Positions 53,932 to 62,131 of a DNA stretch of 64,000 nt are shown in pieces. Numbering within the stretch: the first letter of the stretch is position 1; each line of letters begins with the position of its first letter. The notes under the pieces are model-generated. The model was not told the DNA's origin and searched no databases. It saw nothing but the letters and a program-made list of their open reading frames with translations. Source of the stretch: a virus (lineage: Duplodnaviria; Caudoviricetes); IMG/VR virus record IMGVR_UViG_3300001598_000037, positions 1 through 64,000 of that record. The stretch is one strand, 5' to 3'. Both the position numbers and the translations under genes were made by a program.

Positions 53932-54470
53932 GTTGCTATATATACTTTTATTTAAAGAGAAAAGATACACCTGCTAAAGATTGGCATTTAACTTTAGCAC
54001 ATTTATGTACTTCAGACGCGAGAGAACTTTCTGACGAATTAAGCGATTTTAAATCAGGAGTTACTTATAATGTCAATTACGATCGCAAAGAAGAAGATGA
54101 TCCAAATTATGGATACTACACTCCATTAACACCTGAATTATTATCAAATACTATTGAATATTACAGATCTAAAGTGCAAGAATATAAAGATAGTAAACAT
54201 AAATATGAGGATGAATTAGAACGTGCTCAAGCTTTATATGTAATAGCTAAGACAGAACTTGCATTAGAAGATATTAAAAAGACAATGGATGATGCGATAG
54301 AAATGATTTCATGGTGTAATGAAGAAATTGCAAAAAATGAAGCTTATGCTTATTATATTGAAAATGCTGTTGCAGGTGTTTTGGAAGAAAATGAAAGATA
54401 TGACTATAATAAAGAAACCAATACACATAATGCAGTGAATGATTACGAATTAATTTATTATATGGGGTAG
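53928..54470 (+). CDS. Hypothetical protein (180 aa)
   Basis: ATGA overlap with the previous stop; AGGAGG SD. Confidence 0.7.
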   Translation: MSCYIYFYLKRKDTPAKDWHLTLAHLCTSDARELSDELSDFKSGVTYNVNYDRKEEDDPNYGYYTPLTPELLSNTIEYYRSKVQEYKDSKHKYEDELERAQALYVIAKTELALEDIKKTMDDAIEMISWCNEEIAKNEAYAYYIENAVAGVLEENERYDYNKETNTHNAVNDYELIYYMG

Positions 54471-54476
54471 AACAAA

Positions 54477-54827
54477 ATGGTTAATCAAAAAATTAGAGAA
54501 TATTTTGCAGAATTAAGTAAGGAAGTAGAAGAAGAAATCTACTTCTTAGATAACCAAGCATATGATAATAGCATTATTGGATATACTGAAGATTATCGTT
54601 TAATCTATAGTTACGAACGTATGGTAGAAGAATTATCTCAAGAATATTTAGACTCTGATCCTGAACTATCTCAAAGCGAAGATGAGTTAGTTCGTGAAGA
54701 AGCTTGCGATAATGCATATACAGATGCAATTGAATGGATTGACTATAATACTATGGCTTTACCTTATTTAGGCGATCGAGCTCCAATTGTTATACATGAA
54801 CTAAATAAAGGAGAATTTGATGAGTAA
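54477..54827 (+). CDS. Hypothetical protein (116 aa)
   Basis: Acidic ORF; AIEWIDYN...PIVI. Confidence 0.7.
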   Translation: MVNQKIREYFAELSKEVEEEIYFLDNQAYDNSIIGYTEDYRLIYSYERMVEELSQEYLDSDPELSQSEDELVREEACDNAYTDAIEWIDYNTMALPYLGDRAPIVIHELNKGEFDE

Positions 54828-55392
54828 GAGTTATAGAAATATGAATTTAGACGATTTCGATGAATATGGAGAATATGACGATGTCGTTACATTTGAAAAA
54901 TTACGCGGAGGATCTAAAAAGAAAAAAAGTAAAGGTCATCAATCTCGACATCAAAAAAATAAATATGATGAATATGATAGTTATGACGAAATAGTGTCAG
55001 AATTGCCAACAGTACCTGTTATTCCTCAAACTGTGGTGCAAAATCCTGTGGATACGGAGAGGGGTACGTCACCAGACGCATCGAAAACTGTCCAGACAGG
55101 TAATCATGCATCTCATTTGACTACAGAGCGCCATGAATTGGTTAAAAAACCATTTGAATTCGGGCCAAACACTCATGAATTGATGGGAAACAAAATTGAC
55201 TATGATCGAGTAGCTAATTTAGAAACTATCGAATCTGAATATAAAGGAAAACAAACTTTTGGTATTAAGTTTACTTTTAAAGGTAAAAATGCTAGTACTC
55301 GTGTAATCTGGTATAATCAACATCAAAGAGAACGTGATATGATTTTTGCTCAGGAATATAAATTCTGGTTATCTGTGAGAACTGCTAATTAG
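54817..55392 (+). CDS. Hypothetical protein (191 aa)
   Basis: AAGGAG SD; charged low-complexity N-terminus. Confidence 0.65.
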   Translation: MMSKSYRNMNLDDFDEYGEYDDVVTFEKLRGGSKKKKSKGHQSRHQKNKYDEYDSYDEIVSELPTVPVIPQTVVQNPVDTERGTSPDASKTVQTGNHASHLTTERHELVKKPFEFGPNTHELMGNKIDYDRVANLETIESEYKGKQTFGIKFTFKGKNASTRVIWYNQHQRERDMIFAQEYKFWLSVRTAN

Positions 55393-55401
55393 AGATTTTA
55401 A

Positions 55402-55430
55402 TTGACAAAGCAGTTTATATCATTTATAAT
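55402..55430 (+). promoter_or_regulatory. Sigma-A promoter driving a non-coding transcript
   Basis: TTGACA, 17 nt, TATAAT. Confidence 0.85.
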
Positions 55431-55436
55431 AATTAT

Positions 55437-55800
55437 AGGGTAGCAATCCCTTGCTGAGTGATCAGCCTATGTGCGCAGTAGAAAAACCACTTAGGCACGG
55501 AGTGAAGATATCGTGCACCTGATTTGTTTATTACAGGAGATGCTAGCATTACTCCTGTATGTGAGGGCACAGGTTATGCTTGTGTTCTCTTCTCTGTCCA
55601 CAATGTCGGATAAACTCCACTATATGGAATGTTAGTAGGTTCGACTCCTACTGTGGGCACAATCTTCTGAATAAACCGCTTAGCAAGTGGAACTAGAAGA
55701 AAAAGGAGTGAGACCCCTCCGATAAGCGTGGTCGAAAAATAGGAGCGACAAGGTTGCTGGATAGCAGTAGACGAAAGTCGAGAATCCTGTCGCTCTTACG
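55437..55800 (+). ncRNA. Multi-hairpin structured RNA (~360 nt) containing a tRNA-like module
   Basis: GCTGA-GTGA-TCAGC, TACAGGAG/CTCCTGTA, GAGGGCACAGG/CTTGTGTTCTC, TAGGAGCGACA/TGTCGCTCTTA, GAC-GAAA-GTC; raised GC; no ORF. Confidence 0.65.
55596..55659 (+). tRNA. Minimal tRNA-like element (acceptor + T arm, no canonical D or anticodon arm)
   Basis: GTCCACA/TGTGGGC acceptor, GTAGG-TTCGACT-CCTAC T arm; only 64 nt. Confidence 0.45.
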
Positions 55801-55855
55801 CATTTTATATACCTTAAATAAAATGGTGATTTTATTTAAAGAATTTGGGGGTTAA

Positions 55856-56047
55856 ATGATTAATATGAATTACTATATTCAATGTGCACGACAAAGTGGC
55901 AAAACTTATATGATTCTTAAAATCCATGAAATTCAATTGGAGCTTATGAAAGATCTTGATCACAAGCCAACCATAGACGAATATATTTATTATTATAATT
56001 TAGCTATCGAAAAATATTTTAATCCAGAAAATAAAAATAAGAGGTGA
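55856..56047 (+). CDS. Hypothetical protein (63 aa) with a Walker-A-like ARQSGKT
   Basis: GGGGG SD; the motif resembles a terminase P-loop but the protein is far too short to be an ATPase. Confidence 0.55.
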   Translation: MINMNYYIQCARQSGKTYMILKIHEIQLELMKDLDHKPTIDEYIYYYNLAIEKYFNPENKNKR

Positions 56048-56051
56048 AAAC

Positions 56052-56219
56052 ATGACAGAGCAAATTCTAGGAATTATATGTATCATAATACTTAGTCTAA
56101 TAATGTTGATCTCTTTATTTGCGTTAATACTGTCGATCGTCATTACATGTTCGGAAGATCCAGTTATTAGTGTTTATAAAAAGAAATTAAAAGAATTAAC
56201 CAAGGAGGACAAAAAATGA
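56052..56219 (+). CDS. Small membrane protein (55 aa), not in the ORF track
   Basis: GAGGTG SD; MTEQILGIICIIILSLIMLISLFALILSIVITC...; stop overlaps the next ATG. Confidence 0.65.
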   Translation: MTEQILGIICIIILSLIMLISLFALILSIVITCSEDPVISVYKKKLKELTKEDKK

Positions 56220-56524
56220 GAAGATCATTTTTACAAAACAGTTTTAAAACTCAAGAATATTTAAAGACGCTCCCAAAAATCTATTTAATTGCTTGTTGGG
56301 CACATTATGGTATAAAAGAATTCCCACTACATAGTTGGAAGCAGGACGGAGCTGAAATGATCCCTATGGTTTATGACTATGATGATTTCAACGGCACTCA
56401 AGATTTATATATACTTAGAGACATCCGAAATACCACGAGCGGTGGCAAAGTAATGTGGACTATGCACAAAGAGATCGCTGAGAATATTGTAGCGGCATTA
56501 AATAAACAACATGAGGTGAATTAA
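56216..56524 (+). CDS. Hypothetical protein (102 aa)
   Basis: AAGGAGG SD. Confidence 0.7.
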   Translation: MRRSFLQNSFKTQEYLKTLPKIYLIACWAHYGIKEFPLHSWKQDGAEMIPMVYDYDDFNGTQDLYILRDIRNTTSGGKVMWTMHKEIAENIVAALNKQHEVN

Positions 56525-56525
56525 T

Positions 56526-56723
56526 ATGAAATCAGTTAAAAGAAAACTTTTTAGATATTTCTGGTGTTATATTATGATTTGGTTGTTATTATTCTTACCA
56601 GGAAGCAATTTAATTTATAAAAATCCAAAAGAATTTGATGTCAAGACTTATTTGGCTTATAATACTAATAAGTCCAATAAAAAAACAAATAATAAATATA
56701 AATATAGATATGGAGGCTTATAA
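56526..56723 (+). CDS. Hypothetical protein (65 aa)
   Basis: GAGGTG SD; hydrophobic N-terminus. Confidence 0.55.
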   Translation: MKSVKRKLFRYFWCYIMIWLLLFLPGSNLIYKNPKEFDVKTYLAYNTNKSNKKTNNKYKYRYGGL

Positions 56724-56726
56724 GAT

Positions 56727-57053
56727 ATGGTAGATAATATGGTAGATAATATGGTAGATACTCAACGTTTTCTGTCTACATGGAATCTTTATTTTGGATT
56801 AGATCAACACATTACAGCGCCTGAAATGTTTAATTATATACCAGGTGACTATTATGTTATAAGCGGCTCGGCTCGTGAGAGTGATGAATCAAATATTTAT
56901 ATCACTCTACCGTGTGGCGACCATTATCCTGAACAAGAAAAGATCGGCCCATTTAGTAAAGTAGAACATCAATGTTTTTATTATATTTATCAAGGCAATA
57001 AAACTTGGGTAAAAAAACCTGTACCTGATTTCAAGGGTATAGCAATGTTTTAA
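56727..57053 (+). CDS. Hypothetical protein (108 aa) with tandem-repeated start
   Basis: GGAGG SD; ATGGTAGATAAT repeated ~2.8 times (56727-56760). Confidence 0.65.
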   Translation: MVDNMVDNMVDTQRFLSTWNLYFGLDQHITAPEMFNYIPGDYYVISGSARESDESNIYITLPCGDHYPEQEKIGPFSKVEHQCFYYIYQGNKTWVKKPVPDFKGIAMF

Positions 57054-57069
57054 TTAAGGGGGTAAAAAT

Positions 57070-57399
57070 ATGGGAAAATCAATTAAAAAAAATCCAATCA
57101 TTAAAGATGGCGGCGACAGTAAAAAGGAAGCTAAAAAATTAGCTAATCATACTGTAAGACAAAAATTAAAATCATTAGACGATGAAAATACTATTGCGAG
57201 CGGTAATGCTTACAAAAAGGTGTATAATTCATGGAATATAACAGATTTTAAGAGTCGTTGGACAGAACAAGATGCAATTGACTATTATAATAATCAAGTC
57301 ACTCGCTCTGGAGGACCTATGAGAGATTTATTCTTAAAGAAGTATCCTACTCTTGAAAAATGGTTAAATCATTGGAAAAAAACCATGCTTAGAAAATAA
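57070..57399 (+). CDS. Basic conserved phage hypothetical protein
   Basis: MGKSIKKNP...KKLANHTVR...YKKVYNSWNITDF. Confidence 0.7.
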   Translation: MGKSIKKNPIIKDGGDSKKEAKKLANHTVRQKLKSLDDENTIASGNAYKKVYNSWNITDFKSRWTEQDAIDYYNNQVTRSGGPMRDLFLKKYPTLEKWLNHWKKTMLRK

Positions 57400-57423
57400 T
57401 TTTAAAAAAATATTAAAAAATAG

Positions 57424-57452
57424 TTGTATTTAATTTATTATGGTGGTATAAT
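57424..57452 (+). promoter_or_regulatory. Sigma-A promoter (extended -10)
   Basis: TTGTAT, 17 nt, TG-n-TATAAT. Confidence 0.7.
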
Positions 57453-57484
57453 AATAATAGGAAATATAAGGAGGTAAAAAACTT

Positions 57485-57772
57485 ATGAAGCTAGTATTAA
57501 ATAAATATTATGGAGGATTCAGTCTATCAAAAAAGGCCTATAAATACATGGGTAGATCAGATTGGGACGAAGATAGGGGCTATGGATATTCAGAATTATC
57601 AGTAGAAGTCAGATCTGATCCTAAACTCGTAAAATGTGTTGAAAAATTAGGCGCAGAAGCAAATGGCCTCTTTGCTAGTCTTAAAGTTGTGGAAATTCCT
57701 GACGGTGTAGAAGTTGAAATCGAGGAATATGATGGCTGGGAATCAGCTCATGAGAAACACAGATCTTGGTAG
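57485..57772 (+). CDS. Conserved phage hypothetical protein (95 aa)
   Basis: LNKYYGGFSLS...RSDPKLV...VVEIPDGV...EEYDGWE. Confidence 0.75.
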   Translation: MKLVLNKYYGGFSLSKKAYKYMGRSDWDEDRGYGYSELSVEVRSDPKLVKCVEKLGAEANGLFASLKVVEIPDGVEVEIEEYDGWESAHEKHRSW

Positions 57773-57786
57773 AAAGGAGATCTTTA

Positions 57787-58518
57787 ATGAGTAAAACATT
57801 TCACTTATATAAAACAGATTACTATTATGAACATCAAAAACTTTATAATAAAGATATTCTAACTTTAGAAGAAAATAATATCTATTGTATTGTAGGCTGT
57901 AATGGTGTCGGCAAATCTACTGCATTATTTCAAATAAAAACACTTTTAAATAAAGACTGTTTTGATTTAAAAGATAAATTATCATTCAGTTTAAGAGGTA
58001 TCTTTAGTGATGCAAAAGCTCCTGAAGAATATAATGAATATTTCTTAATTGGGGATTTACATACTAAATTAGGTTTTAAAGAAGAAGATTTCTTAATGCA
58101 AGATATATTTAATGCTCAAAGCTCGACAGGAGAACAAACTATAAATAAATTAGTTCCTATACTAGGCAGTCTGCAAAAAACGCTTGATTTAATTAAAAAT
58201 AAAACCGTTTATTTATTAGTAGATGATCTTGATGTAGGAGTTAGTATTGATGTTCTTCGTGAAGTTAATGCCATCTTTGATCGAATTATTACTTTCTTAA
58301 AAAAGAACAATATTACTTATTATATTATTATAACTGCCAACAGTTATGAACTTACTAAAAACAAAACATGTATTGACATTATCAACATGGCTCCAATTCA
58401 ATTTGAAGATTATGAAGATTATTCAAATTATATTGCTGCTACTAGAAAACATAAAAATAAATGTCTAGCATATGCTGATAAAAAAATAGCCGAAGCAAAG
58501 GGCAAGGAGGATAAATAA
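57787..58518 (+). CDS. Stand-alone ABC/AAA-type ATPase
   Basis: Walker A VGCNGVGKST, signature-like SSTGEQ, Walker B LLVDDLD. Confidence 0.7.
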   Translation: MSKTFHLYKTDYYYEHQKLYNKDILTLEENNIYCIVGCNGVGKSTALFQIKTLLNKDCFDLKDKLSFSLRGIFSDAKAPEEYNEYFLIGDLHTKLGFKEEDFLMQDIFNAQSSTGEQTINKLVPILGSLQKTLDLIKNKTVYLLVDDLDVGVSIDVLREVNAIFDRIITFLKKNNITYYIIITANSYELTKNKTCIDIINMAPIQFEDYEDYSNYIAATRKHKNKCLAYADKKIAEAKGKEDK

Positions 58519-58637
58519 TGAGTCCGTTAACATGTGCAATCTTAGCTTTAATTCTCAGTATTTTAGCTCTTGGATTATCTATTGCAAACGCAATATTAAA
58601 TCATAAATTAAACCACAGAAAAAGGAGAGTGAAATAA
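58518..58637 (+). CDS. Small membrane peptide (39 aa), not in the ORF track
   Basis: AAGGAGG SD; MSPLTCAILALILSILALGLSIANAILNHKLNHRKRRVK. Confidence 0.55.
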   Translation: MSPLTCAILALILSILALGLSIANAILNHKLNHRKRRVK

Positions 58638-58638
58638 T

Positions 58639-58860
58639 ATGAATAAGGAATTAAAAGTAGTCCTTAAAACTGATGGAAATTATGCTTTATATCTTTATGT
58701 AGAAGATCTAGCAGACGTTCATCAACTAGCCAAATTTGTCGTTGCTACTGTTAAATCTAGCACTGAAAGATCTGGCCAAATCGTAGATTCATGGTATTCT
58801 GGGCACTACTTCTTCTCATTAGAAGAGGCCGAAAAATACTATGATAAATTAACACAATAG
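58639..58860 (+). CDS. Hypothetical protein (73 aa)
   Basis: AAGGAG SD. Confidence 0.65.
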   Translation: MNKELKVVLKTDGNYALYLYVEDLADVHQLAKFVVATVKSSTERSGQIVDSWYSGHYFFSLEEAEKYYDKLTQ

Positions 58861-58875
58861 TACTTACCACCTATT

Positions 58876-59014
58876 ACCGCCCTCTTTTTCCAATATTACA
58901 GGGCGGTGCTAGGATCGCAAAAAACATCAAAATGATGGAAAATTGCGTTAAAATCCATTAAAAATGATGGATTTCTTACAAAAAAGATTAAAATTCGCGG
59001 ATTACCGCGGTAAT
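58876..59014. repeat. Intergenic cluster of dyads including a perfect 14-bp palindrome
   Basis: ACCGCCCT/AGGGCGGT, CATCA/TGATG, AAATCCAT/ATGGATTT, and ATTACCGCGGTAAT (59001-59014). Confidence 0.75.
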
Positions 59015-59030
59015 TACGGAGGTAAAAGAT

Positions 59031-59522
59031 ATGGAAGAAATTTTAAACAATTTAGTCGTTATTGAAAACGGTGCTTTAACAGCTCCAGAAAAGGTAGATG
59101 CTTTTCTTGATCAATTTTATGATTATAAAAAGAAAGCAGAAGAATTTGAAAAACAATTTAGAGCAGCAGCTTTAGAAGCTATGCTAAACTCAAGCACTTT
59201 AAGTGTAAAAACTGATAAGTATGTAATCAGTCAAGTCGTTCCAAAAGACACAGTAATATTTGATACTGAAAGATTCAATGCGGAAGCAGATCCATTCATC
59301 GTTGATGAATATACTTCTTACAAAAAGGAAAACAAATTTGATATTGATGCTTTATTAGCAGACAATCCAGACCTTGTTGCTAAGTACACAAAAGCTGTCA
59401 TGGTTCCAACAGTTGATCTTAAGAAACTTGAAAAGAACGAACCAGAAATCTACAACCAATTCGTTACTATTATCCCTTCTGAAAAAGCCGTTACTCTAAG
59501 AATCGCAGAAAATAAAAAGTAA
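59031..59522 (+). CDS. Hypothetical protein (163 aa)
   Basis: GGAGG SD. Confidence 0.75.
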   Translation: MEEILNNLVVIENGALTAPEKVDAFLDQFYDYKKKAEEFEKQFRAAALEAMLNSSTLSVKTDKYVISQVVPKDTVIFDTERFNAEADPFIVDEYTSYKKENKFDIDALLADNPDLVAKYTKAVMVPTVDLKKLEKNEPEIYNQFVTIIPSEKAVTLRIAENKK

Positions 59523-59830
59523 TGCGATACTTCAGAGTGACTGTATTAAGAGGTCATTCACATTATCATCATTCCTTTAAAAAGGGAAAGAAAAAACAAC
59601 ATGCCGCAACTCTAGGAGATACTATTACATTTAATATTGCAGCTAATTCTCTCCTAGAGGCGTGTGATATAGCCCGCCGAAAACCGTCAGTAAAACATGA
59701 TAGTCCACAAGCAGTAAGAAAAGCATGGGAGATCACTTACGACGAATTCGTAGCTGGGCTCGGCTCAAATGCCTACGAGGCTGCGCTCGGGGCTGAATAT
59801 AAAAAGAAAGGAAAGAATCAATATGATTGA
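59522..59830 (+). CDS. Hypothetical protein (102 aa)
   Basis: TAATG coupling with the previous gene. Confidence 0.65.
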   Translation: MRYFRVTVLRGHSHYHHSFKKGKKKQHAATLGDTITFNIAANSLLEACDIARRKPSVKHDSPQAVRKAWEITYDEFVAGLGSNAYEAALGAEYKKKGKNQYD

Positions 59831-60350
59831 AATTATTAAACCAGGAGCTAACGAGGTTCCACATTATCAATATCAAATCAGTTGTGTAGTTTGCGGCTGT
59901 GAATTTACTTTTCATGAAGAAGATTTTATGAAAACAGAATCAGCGCCATTTAATGACTATAGATTTATCAAATGTCCTCATTGCGGCGCAACATTACAAT
60001 TTATTCCAAGAGAAAAACAAATCTATCCAAAAGTTTCTAACGAAGCTGCCACTATCCCTCTTCAAGGAGATTATGACGGCGATCGTTGGGTTCATAATCT
60101 TATTGAGCAATGGGCAAAAGAAAATCTACCTGAATGGTTATTCTATAAAGATGGCGTAACAGATTTACAAAGAGTTACTACTGTAACACCATACACTTCA
60201 TCAGTATTAGATTTTTGTGAAAGTTGTCCTAACAATCCAGGCAAAGTACTCACAGTTGGTGACAGCCTTTGTCAATGGTGCTCACATAATCCAAGGAAGT
60301 TAACTTGCGAAACTGTATCATCCTCAACTGAAACAAAGGAGACTAAATAA
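59823..60350 (+). CDS. Zinc-ribbon-containing hypothetical protein
   Basis: CVVC...CPHC and CESC...CQWC; start moved to the ATG after AAAGGA. Confidence 0.65.
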   Translation: MIEIIKPGANEVPHYQYQISCVVCGCEFTFHEEDFMKTESAPFNDYRFIKCPHCGATLQFIPREKQIYPKVSNEAATIPLQGDYDGDRWVHNLIEQWAKENLPEWLFYKDGVTDLQRVTTVTPYTSSVLDFCESCPNNPGKVLTVGDSLCQWCSHNPRKLTCETVSSSTETKETK

Positions 60351-60351
60351 T

Positions 60352-60540
60352 ATGTTAGCTTTAGCAATTATCAGTACAATTTTATTAGCATTCAATATTA
60401 TATCTTATATTATTAGAGTATTCAAGGCGGACGCTGATAATGATGTTTCAGTACCTGCGCTTATTATAGGTATTATGATTGGGATCGTTATTAGAACATT
60501 CCCAATTGTAACTATTTGGATACTATATAATAATATTTAA
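60352..60540 (+). CDS. Small membrane protein
   Basis: Two hydrophobic segments; AAGGAG SD. Confidence 0.6.
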   Translation: MLALAIISTILLAFNIISYIIRVFKADADNDVSVPALIIGIMIGIVIRTFPIVTIWILYNNI

Positions 60541-60555
60541 TAAGGAGGGCTCCAA

Positions 60556-60711
60556 ATGTCAGGACAAAGTTATGTATGGGTTGTATATTATGGAAATGTA
60601 AGTGCCTATGAACATGAAAAAGTATTTACTAGCAAAGTAGCAGCTCTAAAATTTAAATACAAAATGTGGGATCAAGGTTATCAAGCTTTCGTTGAAAAAC
60701 GTTACGACTAG
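60556..60711 (+). CDS. Hypothetical protein (51 aa), not in the ORF track
   Basis: AAGGAGG SD; MSGQSYVWVVYYG...KRYD. Confidence 0.6.
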   Translation: MSGQSYVWVVYYGNVSAYEHEKVFTSKVAALKFKYKMWDQGYQAFVEKRYD

Positions 60712-60723
60712 GAGAATGAAGTT

Positions 60724-60861
60724 ATGCAAAATCGCCAAACAATAGATCGTTCTAGTCTATTACTTGAAACTATTAAAGATCAAAAAAAGAAAGCTCGTAA
60801 AAACGATCTTGCAAATCAACCACAAAACAAAACTAAAAAAGCGAAAGGTAAAAAGTCATGA
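60724..60861 (+). CDS. Small basic protein (45 aa), not in the ORF track
   Basis: AGGAG SD; MQNRQTIDRSSLLLETIKDQKKKARK...; ATGA overlap with the next gene. Confidence 0.5.
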   Translation: MQNRQTIDRSSLLLETIKDQKKKARKNDLANQPQNKTKKAKGKKS

Positions 60862-61064
60862 TTCAGTTCATACTTTTTATCCTTGTCGCTGGATCTACAA
60901 TTAATACAGGAATTATATTAGGGGCATCGCAATTTTTGCGACAACCAGATACAGAGATGGCGGCGATCGATAAAAAACTCTTAACCACATTTCTCTTAAT
61001 TACTTTATTTACAAGTATCCTGCAATTAATTATCGGAATGATTTTCTTATACTTGGAGGTGTAG
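60858..61064 (+). CDS. Small membrane protein (68 aa)
   Basis: Two hydrophobic segments. Confidence 0.55.
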   Translation: MIQFILFILVAGSTINTGIILGASQFLRQPDTEMAAIDKKLLTTFLLITLFTSILQLIIGMIFLYLEV

Positions 61065-61071
61065 AAAAATA

Positions 61072-62130
61072 ATGAAAATAGAAAAAGAAATTTGCAACTA
61101 TGATGTCGCAATAATTGGCGCAGGCCCAGCTGGGCTCTCTGCTGCACTCTATGCGGCTCGTGCCAATAAAACTGTCATTTTATTTGACAAAGATATGCCA
61201 GGTGGACAATTAAATCATGCTACACATATTGAGAACTATCCTGGTTTCAATAAAGCCGACTGTCTTAACAGTGGAGCAGATTTAGTAAACGAAATGGTCG
61301 ATCAACTTCATCCATATGAAGATAAGATTACCATGAAGTGGTTTACTCCTGTTACACATATTGAAATACCTCAAACAGCAGATCCTATTTATAGATTTTC
61401 AATTATGACAGATACTGAATATTATCGTGCTCGTGGTTTAATTATTGCCACAGGGTTAACTCATCGTTATTTATTTGAAGATCATGCGATGGAAGATGCT
61501 CTTGTTGAAAAAGGCGGAATTAGTCACTGCGTCTTATGTGATGGTGTTTTCAACAAAGGAAAATTATCAGCAATTATCGGTGATGGCAACTCGGCACTAC
61601 AAGCTTTTATTACTTTAGCTGAAATTAATAAAACAAGTCATGAAGGCGGTGTAACTCTGATCTCAAATGCGCGAGACTTCCCACCATATGTAGATAAAAC
61701 TTTAGTAGCTAAGGTTAAACAAATCATGGCCGATCCTGAATATAAATGTAGAACCAATGTATTATTTAATTTTACTACATTTAAAGTTGGACAAGTTGAT
61801 AATGGTGCTGGTTGTATCAATTATATAACTGGCTACACTTGTCAAGATGCAATGGCAGATTGTTTATATTTTACAGGTCAAATCTTTATCATGGTTGGTC
61901 AAGAACCAACAGACATTGTCACAAAAGTATTCCCAGATCTTGCAACCTTTACTCCATCTGGCTACATCAATGCTGGGGTCGACTGTCGTGTTTCGGGAAT
62001 CAATTATGTTTATGCGGTTGGTGATTGTCGTGACGGTCGTAGTAGAATTCGTCAAGCAATTACTGCATCAGCTGAAGGAGCCACAGCAGCAACTTATCTT
62101 TGCTCGGCTCTTGATGCGGAGGGTAATTAA
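61072..62130 (+). CDS. trxB: Thioredoxin reductase-like flavoprotein
   Basis: FAD motif IIGAGPAGLSAALYAARA, GGQL...IENYPG, redox SHCVLCDG, IGDGNSA, VYAVGDC...QAITASAEG. Confidence 0.85.
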   Translation: MKIEKEICNYDVAIIGAGPAGLSAALYAARANKTVILFDKDMPGGQLNHATHIENYPGFNKADCLNSGADLVNEMVDQLHPYEDKITMKWFTPVTHIEIPQTADPIYRFSIMTDTEYYRARGLIIATGLTHRYLFEDHAMEDALVEKGGISHCVLCDGVFNKGKLSAIIGDGNSALQAFITLAEINKTSHEGGVTLISNARDFPPYVDKTLVAKVKQIMADPEYKCRTNVLFNFTTFKVGQVDNGAGCINYITGYTCQDAMADCLYFTGQIFIMVGQEPTDIVTKVFPDLATFTPSGYINAGVDCRVSGINYVYAVGDCRDGRSRIRQAITASAEGATAATYLCSALDAEGN

Positions 62131-62131
62131 A

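Noticed and set aside
55437-55800. tmRNA
   Set aside because: No G3-U70 alanine pair, no tag reading frame, and the tRNA-like halves are contiguous in 64 nt.
55856-56047. Terminase large subunit
   Set aside because: Only a 63-aa ORF with a Walker-A-like string; no Walker B or nuclease domain, and no frameshifted continuation seen.
61847-62131. N-terminal extension of the 286-aa ORF
   Set aside because: Overlaps trxB in another frame; a good SD supports the ATG at 62132.
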